NCBI GenBank assembly: GCA_013265495.1
Contig: MU060042.1
Span: 5,886,258 to 5,950,257 of the forward strand
Direction: 5' to 3'
DNA: 64,000 bases
DNA from: Vicugna vicugna
Lineage: Eukaryota
Positions within the stretch are counted from its first letter, which is position 1. Every line of letters starts with the position of its first letter. The notes beneath the pieces are model-generated. The model saw only the letters and a program-made list of their open reading frames with translations, did not search any database and was not told where the DNA came from. This document shows positions 60,811 through 64,000 of this stretch, piece after piece. The position numbers and the translations under genes were made by a program.

Positions 60811-63800
60811 TGCTCTGTGGACCCTGGAGGTGGTGTGCCACCCCACCGGTGGACCCCTCGCCTGTGGGGTCAGAGCACAGAGGCCTGGCCATCTGTGGCC
60901 TGTGCCGCTGACCCCAGGCCCCAGCCCCCTTCACGTCGCTCCACATAGTCTGCTCCATCCGCGGCTGGGGTGCCCAAGCTCCCCGCCCCCGGAGTGCCCC
61001 GCCCTGCCTGCCTTCCTGGGGTGGCCGGTCCCCATGGTGCTGTGACCAGGCTGACATCCCGCTGGACTGCGAGCTCCCTGAGAGCGGGGACCCCCCCGGC
61101 CCCAACTCCATGCCTGAATCGTGGAGGGCTGCCCTGTGTGGTTTGAAAAAATAAATGAACAAATGAAAAACCAGAACTTCAGTTTCCAGCCTTAGGTTTG
61201 GTGTTTCTCTCGCGTCCTCACCGCCTTCCTCAGCCCTGGGGCTGTCTTCACTCTGCTGACGGTGGCGCCGCTCCGGGGGTGGGACGGCCACCCTTGTCAC
61301 CTTCCTCCCAGCTCTGACCTGACCTTCTGAGGCCGGGACTACAGACACACTAGCCTCGCCCTCCGCCCCTCCTCTGCTGGCTGCCGTTTCAAGTTGTTCA
61401 GACTGCAAGGAAGTCCCACTGGGCGTGTGGGGACCTCTGGGCCCTGGTGGTCGGTGTCCTGGCTGCTGGGCTGCGTGAGGCCTGGGACAGTTTGGTCCTT
61501 TCTCCCTCTCTGGGGCGGGGAGGGGGCGCATGTTTAATTGGGGGAAGTGTCCACTTGAGTGCAAGACGCCGTCAGTGAGCAGCGCAAGCACAGGGCCGGG
61601 AAGGTCCCTGCGTCCAGCCCCTCCTGGCCTCTCTGGGGCAGCGGTCGCAGCCCCGTGCAGCCAGGGAGGTTCTACTAAGCTTGCTTGTTGCTGTTTGGTT
61701 TACCTGTGCTCCTGCCACCTTCTGAAGGAAAAACGTCCCCACACTCGAGTGACTGAGCTGAGGCGCCCTGGTACCTGTCATGAGACAGACATCCCGCCAG
61801 GACCGGTCATGCTCCCGAAGGTCGTCCAGCACGTCCGCTCCGATTAAAGACAGGAAGGAGCCTGACCTGCGGGGCGCGGCCCCCAGGTGTGGGGGAAAGG
61901 CAGTGTGCACGTCCCTGTGCTCCGGGGTCACGTTCCACTCGCTGCCCAGCGACCTGGGGACAGGCAGGGCAGGTGGGGCTCACACACCAGGAAAGCGTCC
62001 CAGGTTGTGACTCGAAGCACGTGCCGACGTCCGTGTCTCTGAAATGAGCAGTAGGTCACAACGAGTGCTGGGGCCTGGGGAGTCCGTCTCTTCGTCTGAA
62101 GTGTTCTCGCTGGCTTCCCAGAACTAACTGTGTTGACCTGGGCCCCTGCCCGCCTGTGGCTCATGGAGCCGGGGGTGAGGGCCCCGGGGCTTCTCCAGGA
62201 CCAGCCGAGGAGGCCCCGGGGACACAAGCCAGCCCGCACGGCCTCTGCCGCCGGGGGCGCGGCTCTGAGCGTCCGCAGACCCGGGGCCTGGCTCTCCGTT
62301 CCCGCTTGTGCTGGCGCCGAGCAGGGGCGGCCGGCGTGGGTGGTCACGGCGTGGCCAGGCCGCCCTCCAGCTCCCAGACAGCCCAGCGGCCCCAGCTTCA
62401 CGGCAGGTTTTGAGTTCACCTCTTCCACTGAGCACTCAGGCTCATTTCCCCCCAATCCGTGGCATTGCACTCTGGGCTTAACCTCGAATCCCCTTCCAGA
62501 CAGCAGGACCCTCACTCAGGTGACCATGGGAAGCTCCGTGGGCCTCCTCCTCCTGGGACCCTTGTCACTCCTGCCTACAGCCCCTCGGCCCCCACCCCCG
62601 GCAGGCTCCTCCGAACCCGGCCCGCCTGGCGCAGACCTGTCCATGTCCCCTCATTTCATAAACAGACGAGGCCCTGGGCGGTGGGGCCCCGGCCTGGACC
62701 AGCGCCGTCAACAGCGGGGCGGCCAAGCGACACCTAGGAGGGCCCTTCCAGTCACCCCCACCCGCCCTGCTCTGGGAGAGGAAGTGTCACGTCCCCGTCC
62801 CGCCGCGTGTGACAGCTGCATCTTTGTGGCCCTGACCGCGGAGGCCGCCCCTCCAGTCTTCAGAAGCCTGCCTGTGCGTGCAGCCCCTGCCTGGGCGGAG
62901 CAGCGGCATTCAGAGCTGATGAGGCAGGCTCCTGAGGACCGACCCCCACGCTGTCCCTTGTACCCCTAGAGGCCACGTGCGGGCGAGTCCTCCTCTGCCT
63001 CCTGCCAGGAGCTGAGGAGGCGCAGGCGGAGGTCCAATAGCCACTGTCCACACCTGGGCCCCGGCCCAGCCTGCTCTCAGGCACCTGTCGGCTTCCGTGT
63101 GGAGCAGACCACACCCACGTCTCCAGCCCATGGTGTGGAGGCTGGCCTGTTCTGGGGCCTGGGGTGTCAATCCTGGGACCCCAGCCTGCCCAAAACACCC
63201 TCTAAAGGCAACGTAGAGCCGTGTGGTGCCAGGTCGGGGCAGGAGGGCGGTGGGCACTCCTCGTGTGGTCAGTGGCCCTGGAGGCTTTCTGGAACCTTCC
63301 TCCCAAGTCACCTCAGCGGGGTGGCAGCCACACGTCTGTCCAAGTGCAAGAGCCATGGGGGCGGGGCCGGCGCGTAGCTGGGGGCGCAGGCTCCTCGAGC
63401 TCCTTTCCGTCAGAGCCCAGAGGCGGCTCTTGTAGCTCCCAGCTTTATGGGCCCTTGTTCCAGTGGAGGATGGGGTGCACGTTTAACCTCTTCCCACGTT
63501 AAACTTGCTGCCGCAGAGGTGCAGTGAACTGGCCCCTCCCTGCCCACAGGAGGGGAGCATGACCCCGCCGGCCCCTGGACGGCCAGGTCGGGAGGCCGGG
63601 CCTGGGCAGGGCGCAGGGGCACTAGGGGAGGGGCACGGGATCTGCTCTCCCTGCAGGTCCCGCCACGTGCGGGCGCCCTGCCCAGGGTCTGCCCTCACCC
63701 TGCCTTCGTGGGTCCAGCTGTGTCTGGTCGGCTGTCAGGAGTCCAGATGCGGCGGTTGGAGAGCCCCAGACATTAGGAGAGGCGCCTTCACCTCTGATCG

Positions 63801-64000
63801 GTAGCCTGGCATCGACCGTCTCGAGTGATACCCACCTGGGGCCTCCTCCCCAAACCTGGCCTTGAATCCACGGGGAGAGGGTTTGAACTTGGACCTGAGT
63901 AGAGATGAGCGGGGGCGGGTGAGGGGCCTGGACTGGTGGAAGAGACCGCGGATGCCCGTTCACAGAGGCTGGGGCTGGGGACAGGCAGCCCAGTGCGGCC

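Noticed and set aside
59111-64000. Search for the long C-terminal NFATC1 exon (VPIIKTEP...)
   Set aside because: No matching translation in any frame; it should lie downstream of the window.

Overview
Mammalian genomic DNA, GC-rich throughout, with four assembly gaps. The window holds the 5' part of one gene, NFATC1 (NFAT2/NFATc), on the + strand. It contains two alternative first coding exons (alpha, MPSTSF..., from promoter P1; beta, MTGLEE..., from promoter P2) and the large regulatory-domain exon (PRIEIT calcineurin dock, SRR, SP repeats, NLS, LxVP). Six Rel-homology-domain exons follow, then the intronic read-through end of the short isoform A with its poly(A) signal. All junctions are GT-AG and the phases join. 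The spliced alpha short CDS is 2151 nt (716 aa) and the beta short CDS is 2115 nt (704 aa). The exons for the long C-termini lie beyond the window. The protein resembles pig NFATC1 as I recall it, which suggests a cetartiodactyl (inference). The rest is intronic or upstream DNA with old, decayed L1 and MIR remnants, simple repeats, two gap-containing minisatellites and CpG islands. I found no second protein-coding gene, no RNA gene, no CRISPR array and no evidence for a wholly new biological system. The best leads are regulatory: a 62-bp tandem duplication upstream of P1, a promoter-like intronic CpG island with a perfect hairpin, possible intronic polyadenylation giving a regulatory-domain-only NFATc1, D-box octamers in both promoters, paired PRDI/Blimp-1/IRF sites, and loss of the PKA-site serine next to the NLS.
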